64,000 nt of DNA from the NCBI GenBank assembly GCA_053919585.1, contig CM132792.1; one strand, written 5' to 3'. Every line of letters starts with the position of its first letter. Positions within the stretch are counted from its first letter, which is position 1. Shown here in pieces: positions 38,630 to 52,609 of this stretch. The stretch is from Euprymna scolopes (taxonomy: Eukaryota). The notes under the pieces are model-generated. The model was not told the DNA's origin. It saw only the letters and a program-made list of their open reading frames with translations, and did no database searches. A program made the position numbers and the translations under genes.

Positions 38630-40260
38630 TATTGGTGGAAGAAGTGGGGGTGGGGCTTACATAATAATGGACCCGATTCTGATGAAGGAGTACAGACCGC
38701 CAGGGAAAAATGGACTCAAAAAGACTCACCAGTTCAACTCCACAACAAGGTTGCAGAACACAAGGTGCCTGATAGCATCAGAGAAAAGTACAAGAAAAAA
38801 CTAGGATTTTGGATCACAAATTGCTGTTTGATTCCATAACCTCTGGAGAGACGGGGGCCTCCTGATTCCTTTAATGGCGGTCGTCCAGGAGCAAAGACAG
38901 AAAGTATGTCCAGTGTTGGACTACTATGAATTAAATGGCTCCATGGAAGTGTTCACTGCCAACGTAGAAGTGTGTGAACAAACGCTAAGACAATGATGGT
39001 GATAAGGAGAGGATGTGTCACTTCTGAATTTTTGAAAGGCTTTGGTCTCTGTTGCGTCTGCACCAACATTTTTTGGACTTCAGTTTAGTATGCAAAGATC
39101 CGGTGTGACTAAAAGATGGAGCAGGAGTTCTGGCCTTGCAGGTCTGGAAAGAAAACAACATCCTCCAATGGAGACAAGGAAATCAGATGTGAGTTCCATA
39201 GCTACAGGAATGGAATAAAGGCAAGCAGTAATGTCATCGAAGTACCATGTTGGCTGTGTCTGACCAATGATTCTAGGCATATAAATTTAGCTGAGCTTGA
39301 CGTGATGCTCAAAGGGTGGGGGTAACTGAGCCCTCGAATTGGTCAATCATTTGGTGTGTATGCAACAGTGGATTTCTGACACCCTGTCCAGGAAGGCATG
39401 GGTAAATACAAAGGCTGCTTGTGAGATGATGGTTAGGCAACAGTTATGAACCATGCAATCTAGTAAAAGAGTATGAATTGACCATGGATGTGATGGATGT
39501 AAGAAGATCTTTTAACCAGATAACTGCTAAAGGAAGGAGGATCCGCGCTTGAAAGATATTCAACAATGGAAGGAGGTCTGGACCAAGACCAGGTAGTCAA
39601 TCTCCATTATCAAAGCGGACATCCGGGTGTGAATGAACTCTGTACTTTGCCAGTTTAATTGACCCACAAGTGTCCAACGAGAATATGAAATCTGTTGTAA
39701 AAGCCTGTGAAATCTGTCAGCTAATCGATCTGGCACCTGATTGCTTAATAACATGGAAAGTAAATGCAAAAAGCAAAACTGAAGCAGACTGGCAGTGGAT
39801 ATAACTCACTACAACAGCAAAATTTCTTTGACACTTGCCGTCCATCTAGGTTTGCATCTTACAATAAGAAAGTGTCTTCCTTGAACGAGGCTCACTAATT
39901 AAGATACTAATTACCAATGGCACTGCATTTGCTAGTGAGGAGTTCAAGAGATTTGTGGATAGTTTTGACATGCCTGTTCAGTGAGTGGGCACAGGATTAT
40001 CGAACAAAACAACCAACCAGATTAGGCAGGACTGTACAGAATTTGATGCAGTCTGCTGGTATAACTTCACCCAAAAAGATTACGTTACACTTTCCACAGC
40101 ACCAACCAACACATTGCACAGGTACCATGTCAGGGTGTAGAGCATTGTTTGGGTAAAAAACTTGCATGGCAGGTGTATGACAAGATATGTCATACACCTA
40201 CAGATATATACGCATCACTAAGATATTCAGCTTGCAATTTGTGTGGGTTGTTGGTGTGCT
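38630..40260 (+). mobile_element. Gypsy-type pol remnant, family B, divergent version
   Basis: HINLAELDVMLKG, GHPGV, CEICQLID, RLAVDITHY; contains segments absent from other units. Confidence 0.72.
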
Positions 40261-40418
40261 CCGTCACTTTAAAGTTTTATGGCCAGCGATGCAATTGTAA
40301 TCATCATTTGATGATAAAAGCGAATCAGATTCTGAGACAGTGATCTGGTTTACGCCAGCTCCATCAGTCAGTGATTTAGATATTAGCAGCCTCCTGGGAC
40401 AGTCGGGACTCCCTGCTC

Positions 40419-40482
<64 letters not shown>

Positions 40483-40713
40483 TATCTACCTCCTTGCCAG
40501 AAGACTAGACACAAGATCAGTTGTATTTTTGAGAAGTGCACTAGGATAAGCGTACTCTGGCCTACAAAAAAGTGAATGAGTTGCCCCATTGCTTAACAAT
40601 AGAGTAAGCCTTTCTCAAAGAGATGCAAAGCCTGAGAGATTAAACTTTCTAAGACTAAACAGAGCCAGACCTCAGTAAGACAACAACAAGACTGTTGTAA
40701 CACTGATTTCTAT

Positions 40714-40853
40714 NNNNNNNNNNNNNNNNNNNNNNNNNNNNNNNNNNNNNNNNNNNNNNNNNNNNNNNNNNNNNNNNNNNNNNNNNNNNNNNNNNNNNNN
40801 NNNNNNNNNNNNNNNNNNNNNNNNNNNNNNNNNNNNNNNNNNNNNNNNNNNNN
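40714..40853. other. 140-N gap at the position of a (CA)n tract in other units
   Basis: Flanks match those of ~833-930. Confidence 0.9.
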
Positions 40854-41047
40854 CCTTATAATACAATGTTGGGAAGAAAAAAGAATTCCAAATGTGTAAT
40901 TTCTTAATTTTTTCTTGAACCTGGGTTCACCTGGACCTGGATTAGTTAAACTGGTTCCTTCAAATGAATTTACTGCATCTCACACAAAAGCTGACCAAGG
41001 TTGGCAATACATAACTTTTCTTTTGCCTATGAGAGTTCCAGGACAAT

Positions 41048-42187
41048 ATGTTTTGAGGTGGTACAAATATGCTTAAAATAATCATCTGAAACTGAACACA
41101 ACATATTGTGTTGTTGTAAGGGACAGAAATATAGATTAAAAAAAAAAAGAAAAATTGTTTGCATACCTTATTTTGACGTCTGAATATCAGAACTTCGATT
41201 GTGTTTAATTATCCCGCTTTTGAGTTTTGAAGTGTGAAATTCGGTGAATATGTTAAGTAAAATAATTAATTTAAGTTAAGCAAAACAAAAAAATTTTTTT
41301 TTTAATATTTATACGAAAAAAGCCATTTTAAAATCTTTGATAAATAAATTAACAATATTTTTTTAGCGAGTCGAATAATGCATGACCATTATTAAACAGG
41401 GCATACTTTGAAGAATCGATACAAAAAAAAAAATTAATAAATATTATGCCCTTTGTCTTAAAAATAGCATCATTTTTTCGATCCTGTTTGAAAACGTTTG
41501 CCGCCTTTCGACTACGGTAGACCAAACGCGCTGAAATAATTTTTTTTTATTCTGCTTTAAATTGCCCCTCCCCCATTGTGGGGAGCCCGGCCCCCACACA
41601 CATACACATTAAAAACCAAACTCATACATATGGTCACCCATCTGGTATTGGCCAGCCTCAGCATTAATAATACATTGAAATTTTCGTCACTGAAAAATAA
41701 TTTTTTTTGGCCTGTTTGGTCTTCCATAGTTTGCTTTTTATCGAATACAAACATAAACAGTGTCGATCTAGACTCTAGATCGACGCGAAGTAACTGGTTG
41801 CCTATATGAATAAATGAAATTATTTGAAATCCAGGTACTTATATTATAATATTTTTGCATATTCTCATAGAAAATCATCCTAAATCTTAGTTAGACAACA
41901 AATAAATAAATGAATTATTTCAAAAACCTTTTTTAAAAAATATTTATGTACGTTTTTTGTGCAAGACAAAAAATGTCAATTGTTAACTTTTTGGGAAAAT
42001 TTAACATTTAAAATTTAATTAAAAATAGTAGAAAAAGTTTTACATTATTCTGTTTTCTACATGATAAAATTCAGGGTTTTATCTTTCTGGAAAAAGAAGT
42101 TACTCAGAAATAATGGATTTTAATAAATGTAATTTCGTTTTAAAAAACAACAACAACTTGATTTTTCGGCGATTTTTGGCAGTGCCT
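41048..42187. mobile_element. Left-truncated long form of the TIR element at a different site (inside the RTE remnant)
   Basis: Matches ~11555-12711 and ends exactly at the right TIR (ttttggcagtgccta), directly followed by RTE sequence. Confidence 0.75.
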
Positions 42188-43050
42188 ACATTTATTCATA
42201 AGGACATGCAGTACAATACGATGACTCTTTCAAAAACCCTTTCCCAATCAAGTGTGAGGCGAAACAGGGTTGTACAATTGCATCAACAGTCTTTAGCATC
42301 TTCTTTTTTCTGCTGTTTTCCTACACATTCAACAAGTCAGAGGATGGAGTGAATCTCCATACCAGAGACAGTGGTAGAATTTTCAACCTTGGCCACGTTT
42401 TAACTAAGAACAAAATGCATGACGTAAAATATATGTGAGATGCTCTTTGCCGATGATGCAGCGCTGATGAGACACTCTGCTGAATCATTGCAGTGACTCA
42501 TCCATTGCTTTGTGCACGCATACAAAAGACTAACATCTTTGACCAATATGTATGCATTAACCTAAACATCAATATTGAGGCCGTCAAAAAATGTACATAC
42601 ATCGGCTCCAATATATCCAGGAATATCTCTCTGGACGAAGAAATCACCAAACATATCAGCAAATTAGCAACAAATATGGCTAGCTTGATAAAGAGTGTCT
42701 CAAACAACAATATGCAAATCAACAATACTTAGCAAACAGCTCTAGCAGGACAACATCTCAAAGAAAATCATCTTTGATCAGGCAAATAACCCGTCCATGT
42801 TTGCTCTGCTTACCTAACAACGACTTTGGTAGCTTTGCTGTGCCAGGCAAAAAGATACTGAGAAGAGCCGAAAGGATCTTCTTTATAGTGAGATCATATT
42901 AGATCAGTAGGAAATCATGTCAGACGCTATAAGGATGTTTGTAAGCAAGACATAAGGGTAGTTGACATCGACCCAGCAGGATGGGAGTTTGCAGCTGCTG
43001 AAGAAGAGCTGTAAAGACACGTTCCAAGAGGAGTGAAAAGAGGAGAGACC
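42188..43050 (+). mobile_element. RTE-clade LINE remnant (unit 4), interrupted on the left by a TIR element
   Basis: KQGCTIA and EMLFADDAAL motifs; a short 5' piece of it lies at ~41010-41050. Confidence 0.8.
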
Positions 43051-44947
43051 AGCAGAGGAGAGAGAACACATATTGCACAGATTGCAACTCTTACATCTGT
43101 GGCGTCTGTTACTCAGCCTGTCAATCCAAGATAGGCTTGCATGTTTCAGAAGATGCTGCAATTCACCAATGGACCAATCTGAGGTGCAGAACACCATTGT
43201 CTTCTGAAACAGATGGATGCAAACAAAAATGCTCAATGACGTTCTGTCATATCCGTCCATCAAGACAAGGTTGGGAATATGGACATAACCTAATCAACTG
43301 AGAAAAAAGTGGATGTTACTAATTCAGTTCGATTTAGAGATGAGTCTAAAAAAATGTGATTAAAACAAGAAATAACGATGCAGAAGAGCAACAGATTCAA
43401 CTCATTTATTTACATATTAAATTATATTCCTCACATGTTGAACTTGATATTAATTATACTCATTAAAGATGTGGGGGGTGTTGAAGTCTTTGCTGACAAT
43501 TCATATATTTCCCATTTCCAAAACTATATAATGTGTAATGCTGCTTTGTGGTAGATATTAATATTATGTGGATAGTGCAGCATCAGTAGGATTGAGAAAT
43601 AGAAAATCTACAAAGCAAAAAATCAAAATCTGAATAAGACAGCAAAAAACAAAACAACAAAAAAACGATAATTAGTTAAACAATGGAATATATTTGTTTC
43701 TTTGTGTTTTTACTATGTTCTTTGCCCCATAGATAAATTTATCATTTCTTTAAAAATGGTATTGCCTATGCAAACATGAATGTACTGTACACCCGAAACA
43801 ATATTATACATAGCAAATTTTTTAATATATGCGATTTCTTCTTAAATACAAGCTCACTGATGTGTTTGCTGTTTGTGATATGCAATTTTCGTAGAACAGT
43901 TTTTGAAGTTTCAACCTTGGTCCTATCATCGCATTTGTTATGACGTGGGACCAGATCAACGTTGAGTGTCATCACTGCTACTACAGTGAACATTTAAAAC
44001 GGCAGTTGTTGCCAGTGTTACGATATAAATGAAACTAGGTTTTTCTAATTCCTCAACGTAAACAAAATATTAAAAAAGGTATTAAAATCAGCATTAAAAT
44101 GAAGTCGAATATAAAAATTAACAATATTGGTTTTTATTTAATATAGCAAGGAATAATGAATCATGCTTTTATTGTTGACGTATTTTAATGTGTGTGCCGA
44201 CGCAACACACAAGCAAGAAAATAATAAATGGATTAAAAGTCCAATGTTCCTGAAAATGTGGAAATGTTCTTAAAAGGAAGAGTCCTGACAATAAAGTAAT
44301 GTTTGTAACTGTTGTACATAGTCGCTGGGACTATATATATATTTTTAAAACAGCCTGATAAGGTTTAGATTAAAATATGCAGTAAAGAACAAGAGAGAGA
44401 AATCTTTCTCTGACTGAGGCAGAATGTCATTTTTGCAGAATACATGTTTCTTTCTTTTTTTTTAGTTAAAGGAAGATAAAGTTTATTATTTTAATCAGTT
44501 CCATGAATATATCTGATACAATGCAGAGTTATATATTTTCTTTTGGTAATTAATCCAGGTAGATTTACGGGTTCCAGGTGTAAGATGCACAAAATCATAA
44601 TAATGGTTTTAACGTCGGGAGACAGAACAAGGGTTGTGTGCTTGTTAACACTTCAACGGAAATCTGACTCGACTGGCTGGGTTTCATGTGCAGTGCCTTT
44701 TTTTATAGGTGCAGACTGGCTCCAGCGAAAAATCTTAGAAAAATCTTTTTGAAATTTGCTTTCTTTGAATGCCGATTGGATGAAAAGCCAACACCTCTGT
44801 CACATGGGATGCTTTCAACTATGTCGGTGTGAAAAGACAATGTTTGTTTTTATGCCCACAGAATTTGTTTGGGTGTAGAAAACAGATGCACACACAAGAA
44901 TGCTCCTTGTTCAGCCACGTTTAATGTTTGTGGTGAGTCGCTACAGT

Positions 44948-46010
44948 ACCCCCCTATTAGACAGAATGTCGATAGGAAAGCAAAAACTGTTACGTAGTAT
45001 AGTTAGTGAATCGGTGAGGACACTTGATATGTCTGCCTGACCTGGTAGACTGTGTTGGTTTAGGTGAGTCGCCGTTGCTGAAATAAACTGTATGCATAGG
45101 CTACGTTGGTTTCTGACTTGTGGTATCGCCATGGGCTTTGTGTAAGGTGTCTGAAGACTACTGTGCACTCCGTCATTCCGGATAATTACATGAGTCCATG
45201 TGTTAATATTCTGGGGAACATGAGTAGTGACATTTTTGTGGGCTGGCTTTAATATTCAGAAGTTTTGACATTTATTCCTTCACGCGAGAGGTGTAGCTCA
45301 TTAGGTATGGCATGTGCTGCGGAGTAGCTGGTGTGTCCATCTCTCTGGGTAAGGTCAGTGAGGTTCCGTAAACCATTTCGTCGGAAGACAAGCTGATGTC
45401 CATTTTAACAATGGATTGAATACCGAGAAGCACAAAAGGCAGGAATTCTATCCATCTGATGGGGTCAGAGTATGCTTTAAGAGATGCCTTCAACTGTCGA
45501 TGCAAGGCGCTCAATCATGCCGTTTGCTGTTGGGTGATAAGACATAGTGCATATGTGTCTGCATCCAAGCAGGTTGGACAGCTCGAAAAAAAGATGTGAG
45601 TCAAATTGTCAGTTGTAATGGTATTAGGTATGCCATAACGGGATATCCAATGTATAATGAGTGCTTTGGCGATAGTTTTAGCAGAAATATCTCTAATCGG
45701 GAATGGCTTCAGGCCATCTCGAATACCTTGTGGGAGTGGAGCCATTATGTCTATGTGGATATGCTGAAAACGAGCCTTGGGGGTTAAAAACGCTGCAGGA
45801 GGACTCTAGATGTGCCGTTGAATCTTGGACTTCTGGCAAGGAAGACAACCCCGTGTCCATTCTCATATATCTCTATTGATGGCAGTCCATACAAAACGTG
45901 ACGTCACCAATTTCTGAGTCAAATTGACGCCAGGATGTGATAGACTCTGCAGCTTTGTAAACACAACTCGCCTATGCTTGAGGGGCACATATGGACGCTC
46001 ATGACCATAT
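44948..46010 (-). mobile_element. Gypsy integrase remnant, family A (unit 4)
   Basis: HRQLKASLKAY...WIEFLPFVLLG and WISRYGIPNTITTD fragments. Confidence 0.85.
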
Positions 46011-46736
46011 TACTTCATTGGAGAAAAGAAAATTGCTTGAACGTAAGGTTTAGCGATCCTGTTGCAGTTTCAAATCACCACCTCCATTTATAATTCTTTC
46101 CCCAACCCCTTTTCATCATCGATTTCGCTACACATGTCGGAATTCAAATATATCAAACAAAACGCCAATAATTCAGGCAATTGACTTTTTTCTTTTTAGA
46201 CGACTGATACTACCAGTCACGTCGACCGAATCTACCAGCCAAAGGATTTCCAGCAGTGGCAGCCATCTTAGCAGCAGGTCAAACATCTCTTATAAGGTCT
46301 AAACAACCAGCACTTATCAAAGCTAATAAGTTTTTCACTAATGCGATTCACTACTGCTTGCCTTCTGAGACCCACAAGCAGCAAACTTCACTTTAACCTC
46401 TGGCCTGCAACCTCGCTCCTCCGATCTGCAACCTCGCATGCACCTGGGTCCCTACTGACCATTCGTTACTTAACACTGACCTCTACGTTCTCAGTGTTGT
46501 CCGTTCCTTATCACTGACCCCACGTCCTCAGTGTCGTCCATTCCTTAACACTGACCCAACATTCTCAGTGTCCACTGACCGTTCCAGATCACCCTGACGG
46601 CCAGCCAATCGTCCAGACCCAGCGAGAAACCCTAAACCACGCTATGTCTAGAGTACCTGCTCCAGCCCTCCAGACTAAGCCTCCGGTAACATGCGACCTT
46701 CCGGACAACTAGCATCCAGATCATACAATTTTTTGC

Positions 46737-46948
46737 TTTTTTTTTTTTTTTTAAATTTTTTTACATAGGCATTACCACTTATCAAGACAAAGAGGCCACT
46801 CGAGGATAACGGTTGAAAAGTGTACAGTAGAAATTGGACAATATAGTAATCGTTAGTAAATGGAAATTCGGTAAATTTTTTAACAAGTGAAACGGCTAAT
46901 CATGAACTTGTTTACGTTAGACTTGAAGACAATCATATTGTAGTCAGC
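46737..46948 (-). mobile_element. CR1-like LINE 3' fragment (unit 4)
   Basis: Paralogous to 5911-6110. Confidence 0.75.
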
Positions 46949-47095
46949 TTTCTTCGCAAATAAAAGGCGAATCTTCACCTTTAACCAAACAACCTGTGTC
47001 GGTCATTCTTCTTGCCTTTTTGCTGTTTACTTTTGCCCGTGTCTTTGCATCCTATTGATTTCGCTCAAACTCCTTAAGCGCCGAGCTATTTGAAC

Positions 47096-47182
<87 letters not shown>

Positions 47183-49167
47183 CACTAGTATTATCTTCCA
47201 ATACTTAACTTATAGTTTAATTGAGTTTATCTCTATTTTTATCACAAGTATTTTTATATCTTTCAATTGGATCGAGTTTATAGATTTGAAAATTGCAAAA
47301 TTCTTTATTTTTACTTAAATTTTACTTGAATTGTGAATCATTAATTAGTTTAAATTTAAATCGTTTAATATCGTTTAATATATATAATTTAGCCTTTTCA
47401 TCGAATTAGTAACTAAAATAATATTTTGAATTATGATGCGAGATGAATTACTTCCCTTTAACCGTTTCTTTAAGTTATTTTAAATAATTTAACTCCACAT
47501 TTTTTTTTTTTTTTTTTTAAATGGCGAAGTCGGTATTTCATGTTTTCAGCGTTAAGTACTGACATAAAATAAAAAGAATAATTTTTTTGTCAATTGATAA
47601 TGATGTATATATCGGCAAAATTATGGGTTGAAATCAAATATTAATAATAAATAATATTACATTATATATTATATTCACACATAATCAGGCCAGAAAGCTT
47701 CAACTTGCATAAGGCCTGGAGGTGGAATCAGCTGAGATTGAGTGAGGGTTAATCAACAAATTTATCAAATATGTAATAAATGTTTTAATCGTTTAACCTT
47801 AGCTTAAAATGCCAAGAAAAGTTGAGAAACTCAGCAACCGACATAAACATGTATTCTAGCTAGTATCGATTGATCGATCGATGCCTCCGTTCAGTCTCAA
47901 GAGACAATGGACACCCCTATAAGGTAGCTGCGCATGGAATTGGGAGGCAAGGGCTACGCAATCTCAAGAGTGACGGGAACAATGGCGAGATAAGCGAAGA
48001 ACACACACAGCATCTGGAAATGCTAAATGGTCAATCACAATTATGAAACGGATTTGAATCAAAATTGATATAAGGATTCTAGACGTAAATGTTCAGTTGC
48101 ATTATATAATCATTTTTTATCTTCGTAAGGGACCATACATAACTTGACTTCACGGAATAAAAACAGAGCCGATCCAAGACAGCAGACCGAGTAAATACAC
48201 TGGCTCAATATCACTCCAGATAGATTTTTATAAACAAAATTGGATTATCTTAAAACTTTACTTCAATTTCAAAGTCGAATATCATGGATGAAAAAAGTCA
48301 CGTTTAAAACATTTTCAATCCACGTAACGTAAAAACCACTCCACGAGCTGACGCCGTGCTAAATAAATTGAATAATAATTAAAAAAAAAAAAAAAAGCGT
48401 TATAATTCAATTCTGGTTTGTTTGAGCTTACATTCAAATGTATACAGACGTGTGGAATGAAATACAAACCTGACGTTCGGATCAACTGTGAAACTGCAGC
48501 AAAGCTAAGAAGCATTTAATCTTTAAAAATATTTTAGCAAATTATTAATTTAAAGCCCAACATCTATTCTGTTTATGTTCTCGGCCAAAGAAGGAAATAT
48601 TCTTCTAGATTAAGGAATGTAGTCCCTTTTTCTAAGCTGAATTTTTCCCTACAATAAAACACATTCCATGTTTAACTGCTTTGATCGCAAGGCAAGTATA
48701 TACTACTATGCAAGCATTCGATTTTTTCGACGGATTTTGTTTAATATGTATTGATTGTAAATTTTGGAAATAAGTTATATTTTTTGATTAATCATGCGTT
48801 TTTTTAAAGCTTTCTTCCCCATTATTTTAAAATTTCTTTATCTATCTTTATCCCCCCTCTCTCTCTCTTTCTCATATTCCTATCTCTAGCTTCTCCTCTC
48901 TCCTCCCTCTCTTGCTTTCTGTTCCTTTTCCCTCTTTCTCTTTTTTCGACTCACGCTATTCGTTTTAACTACATTATCTTTAATTCCTTCATCCTCCTCT
49001 TCCTCACCACTCTCCTCCTACTCCTCTCTCTCTCTCTCTCTTTCTCTTTCTCCTTTTTTTCTTTCTCCTCCTCCTCATTCTCATATCATAAAAACCTGTT
49101 TCCTCTTCTCAATTTTCTCCTTTCTCTTTCGCAAAAAAGTTAAACAAAAAAAAAAAATTCTTTCAAA

Positions 49168-50406
49168 ATGGACGCTCCAAAGATCCAGAAAAATAAGGAT
49201 CAGGTTAGAAAAAAGAAAGATGTTAAAATGAACGCTTCACGCGTCCAGAAAAAAAATGGTCGTGTTAAAAAGCCCCTGAATGCTTATTTCGTCTGGTGCA
49301 AACAGTTCAGAAAACAAATACGTGAACAAAATCCGACCATCACCATTATTGAAGCCAATGCCCTTCTCGGGAAAATATGGAGTGAAATGTCAGCGGAACA
49401 GAAAAAACCTTACTTCAAAGAGGCAGAACTTATCAAGAAACAACACCAATTAGATTATCCCGATTTCGAGTTTAAGTCGAAACCACGTGTTAAAAACCCC
49501 AACAGGTTCCATGCCTACCCCTATCAACAACATGTGGTGTATTACATACAAACGCTGCCAAGCAAAGATAGAATGCCTCAGGAATATTTTCATGAATCCA
49601 CTTTCTTTGAGGTAACAAACAAAGCGGTAACTCAAGAAAATTCTCCTCACGTGCTCGGTACAGATGAAAGCATCAGATCCACGTTTTCTGAAATGCCATC
49701 CGAGACACGCGAGAATCTTTCCAACAAGAACAGCGTATGTGTTCCGCTACCAGAGACCGAACTCGACAAGGAGTCACCGGCATTCAGTAATGAACACCTA
49801 TACAAAAGGCAGTCGAAATACAATCCCGTTACCATGATGGCTGTCCAAGACAACGATAGAGAGGTGATGGAATTTTCGTCTGCTCACTCCAAATCCGAGA
49901 GCATTTCTGAAACGCTTCCTCACGCACCTGAGCAAAACGGGGTTTATTTTCATCCTGAATGTTACGGTCATGAATGCAATAATAGTAAGTCACAAAATTT
50001 TACAGCTTTAACTTTCTCGCAAGCTAAAAATAAACTAATGGAAAAGTTTCAATTCTTAGACGAGAATTCGCCTATAAATACACCAATATGCAACGCAAAT
50101 ATTTTTCTTGGTGTTGAGAACGATAAAAATACGACGTTTTCTGAAGAAACTCTTGAAGAAGCCCAACATCTCACTTTTGTTGAAGATGACATTATCAATG
50201 CAACACCAAATAACGAGGAACATATCAACCAATGCACCGAAATGTTCCCCAACACGAAATCTGATATTTTGAACGATGACGATTTCGAATCCCTGAATTG
50301 CCTGGAAGATTTGGTCTCGACTTTCTGCTTAGGTGAAGATTTCCCATCTACAATGCTTTGGAACGAAGAAGGTATTAATTTGGAAGACTTTGCAGAACTG
50401 TTGTGA
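49168..50406 (+). CDS. Intronless Sox/SRY-like HMG-box transcription factor, copy 4 (412 aa; ~250-bp deletion just upstream)
   Basis: Full ORF; HMG box identical to copy 2. Confidence 0.9.
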   Translation: MDAPKIQKNKDQVRKKKDVKMNASRVQKKNGRVKKPLNAYFVWCKQFRKQIREQNPTITIIEANALLGKIWSEMSAEQKKPYFKEAELIKKQHQLDYPDFEFKSKPRVKNPNRFHAYPYQQHVVYYIQTLPSKDRMPQEYFHESTFFEVTNKAVTQENSPHVLGTDESIRSTFSEMPSETRENLSNKNSVCVPLPETELDKESPAFSNEHLYKRQSKYNPVTMMAVQDNDREVMEFSSAHSKSESISETLPHAPEQNGVYFHPECYGHECNNSKSQNFTALTFSQAKNKLMEKFQFLDENSPINTPICNANIFLGVENDKNTTFSEETLEEAQHLTFVEDDIINATPNNEEHINQCTEMFPNTKSDILNDDDFESLNCLEDLVSTFCLGEDFPSTMLWNEEGINLEDFAELL

Positions 50407-51561
50407 TTTTGTATATCGATTGATAATTCAATCGATTAATTTGATCACATGATCGATGATATCTTTGATATCATGTGTATATATTTTCTATTGTTCAATT
50501 TGTTTAATGTTATTTATTGATTTTAATTTTTTTTCATTAGTGATTTTAAAAAAAGTATGACTGTCAGGAATCTCGGATAACGAAAGATAAACAGCTAAGC
50601 AAGCATACATCATATGCAAAAATTTTACCAATGATCAAACATAATTTTTAGAGTATTGATATATTTAACGAGTAGTTTTAACAAGTTTTTTGTTACAATA
50701 ATAATAAACATAATCGTGTGTGTGTGTGTGTGTGTGTGTGTGTTAATTTAAAACGAAACGAAACCACCGACTATACATTAAACGTACATGAAACGTAGAT
50801 ACATACGAAAGAAACACTTTATAAATTAGTTTCTCGTTATTTTGTTTATTAATTATTGAATTATTAATTATTGAATTTCTTTTTTTTAATAATTCTGTAA
50901 AATAAATTTTATTTCAATAAAATGTTTCATGTAACGTTAAATTTGTTTGTTTATTTATTGCAAAATGTAAGTTTCATCCGACAAGGCCGGATTAAGCTTA
51001 CAGAGAGACATTTTTTTTGTTTTCTGTCCTCGATGTTTTCACATGCGACAAATGTAAAATTTCCTGTGATTTTGAACTTTCTTGATTGAAGCAATTTCGT
51101 TCCGGTTCATTTAACTTTCCCATTTTTTCGTTTCAACAATGTTAAATTATTTTTATTCTTGATTATTAACTCTTTCGGAACACTTATCTATGGGCAGTTT
51201 TTATCCAACTTCAATTTTATTTATATACACTTTTTCTTATCACTTGAAATTAAGTGCATGTTGCCAGTGTGAGTGAGAAATGTTCAAACATTGCGCTCTA
51301 CAATATAAGCACAAATTTTATAACCTAATTCTAAACCTACCCTGTACCTTACTCTAAATTGCAGTCGTGGTTAGTGGTAAAAAAATGTTAACTACCCCAA
51401 AATGCAAGAATGGCATTTACATTGAATTCAGACTAAAATGACTCCAGTCAAGAAAGTTCAAAACGATCAGATTCATTATGTAGCCTGAATCAAAATAAGA
51501 GGTCATTTAAGGAGACTGTGATATTTTGGTCACAGCTCGTTAAATAAGTCGCTAAATAAAT

Positions 51562-51870
51562 AAATCTACCAAAAATCAGATAATTATCCGATCAATACGA
51601 AATTTTCAGCGATTATTAGGAGAAGAATGAACTTTATAACAGTGTACTTATTTTTCATAAACGATATTTATATATATATTTTTTTTTGCTTACAACCCCC
51701 CCCTTGTTTTGAAGTGGGAACAAATATGCTTAAAATAATCATCTGAAAATTCAGGGTTTTATCTTTCTAGAAAAAAAAAAGTTACTCAGAAATAATGGAG
51801 TTTAATAAATGTAATTTCGTTTTAAAAAACAACAACAACTTGATTTTTCGGCCATTTTTGGCGGTGCCTA
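51562..51870. mobile_element. Internally deleted TIR element lacking its left TIR
   Basis: Same internal deletion as 25471-25843; left end removed by a flanking deletion at ~51553. Confidence 0.72.
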
Positions 51871-52609
51871 GGCTAATGTATTAAAGGCTAAATAAAATAT
51901 TTACTTGGAAATGGTTGATGGATAAAAAGATAGATTTTAGAAAAATAAATCTGATTTCTTGATGTCATCCATTTGCAAGTAAATATATCTACTTAGAAAA
52001 CACTTTAATCAATAATAAATATATAATTTCTCATATTTAAGAGAAAAAATTGGGGAAACCATAAAATGGCTTCTGTTCAAGTATATGTGTGTGCATCATG
52101 TCAAATCAAGTTGAAAGGAGGAAAGAAAATCAAGATGGCAGCGCCCACAACTTTTATAACTAGCGATATCACAAACTGACTCAAAATCCCACTGCTCGAC
52201 TGCATAAAATTAGGCTTCATAGAGAACGCAGACTGACGGTTGTATGAGAATCCTCGGAGAATGTTGTTACTGAGTCACTTTGTTTTCTTGCTTTTTTTTT
52301 GCTTGTTTTTTTTTTTTTTTGTACTTTCGTTTTTGTTGTACAAGCTATTTTTGGCAAATTTTATGGACAAATATGACATGAGTTGATTCCTGAATTCGAA
52401 AGATTCCTTGCTGATCCCTCCGCTATTGAATGGTTTGAAAAAGCTAAACGTGTTACCAGGCTGTTCAACTTATAAGAACCCATACCCAAAAGAGTCTCTC
52501 ATCCAAATGCAGTTCACAAAAGGAGTCTACACGATGTACAACCAACTCGGGAATGACATACATTATACAACGGGAGATGTGAAAATTGGTGGAAGAAGTG
52601 GGGGGGGGG

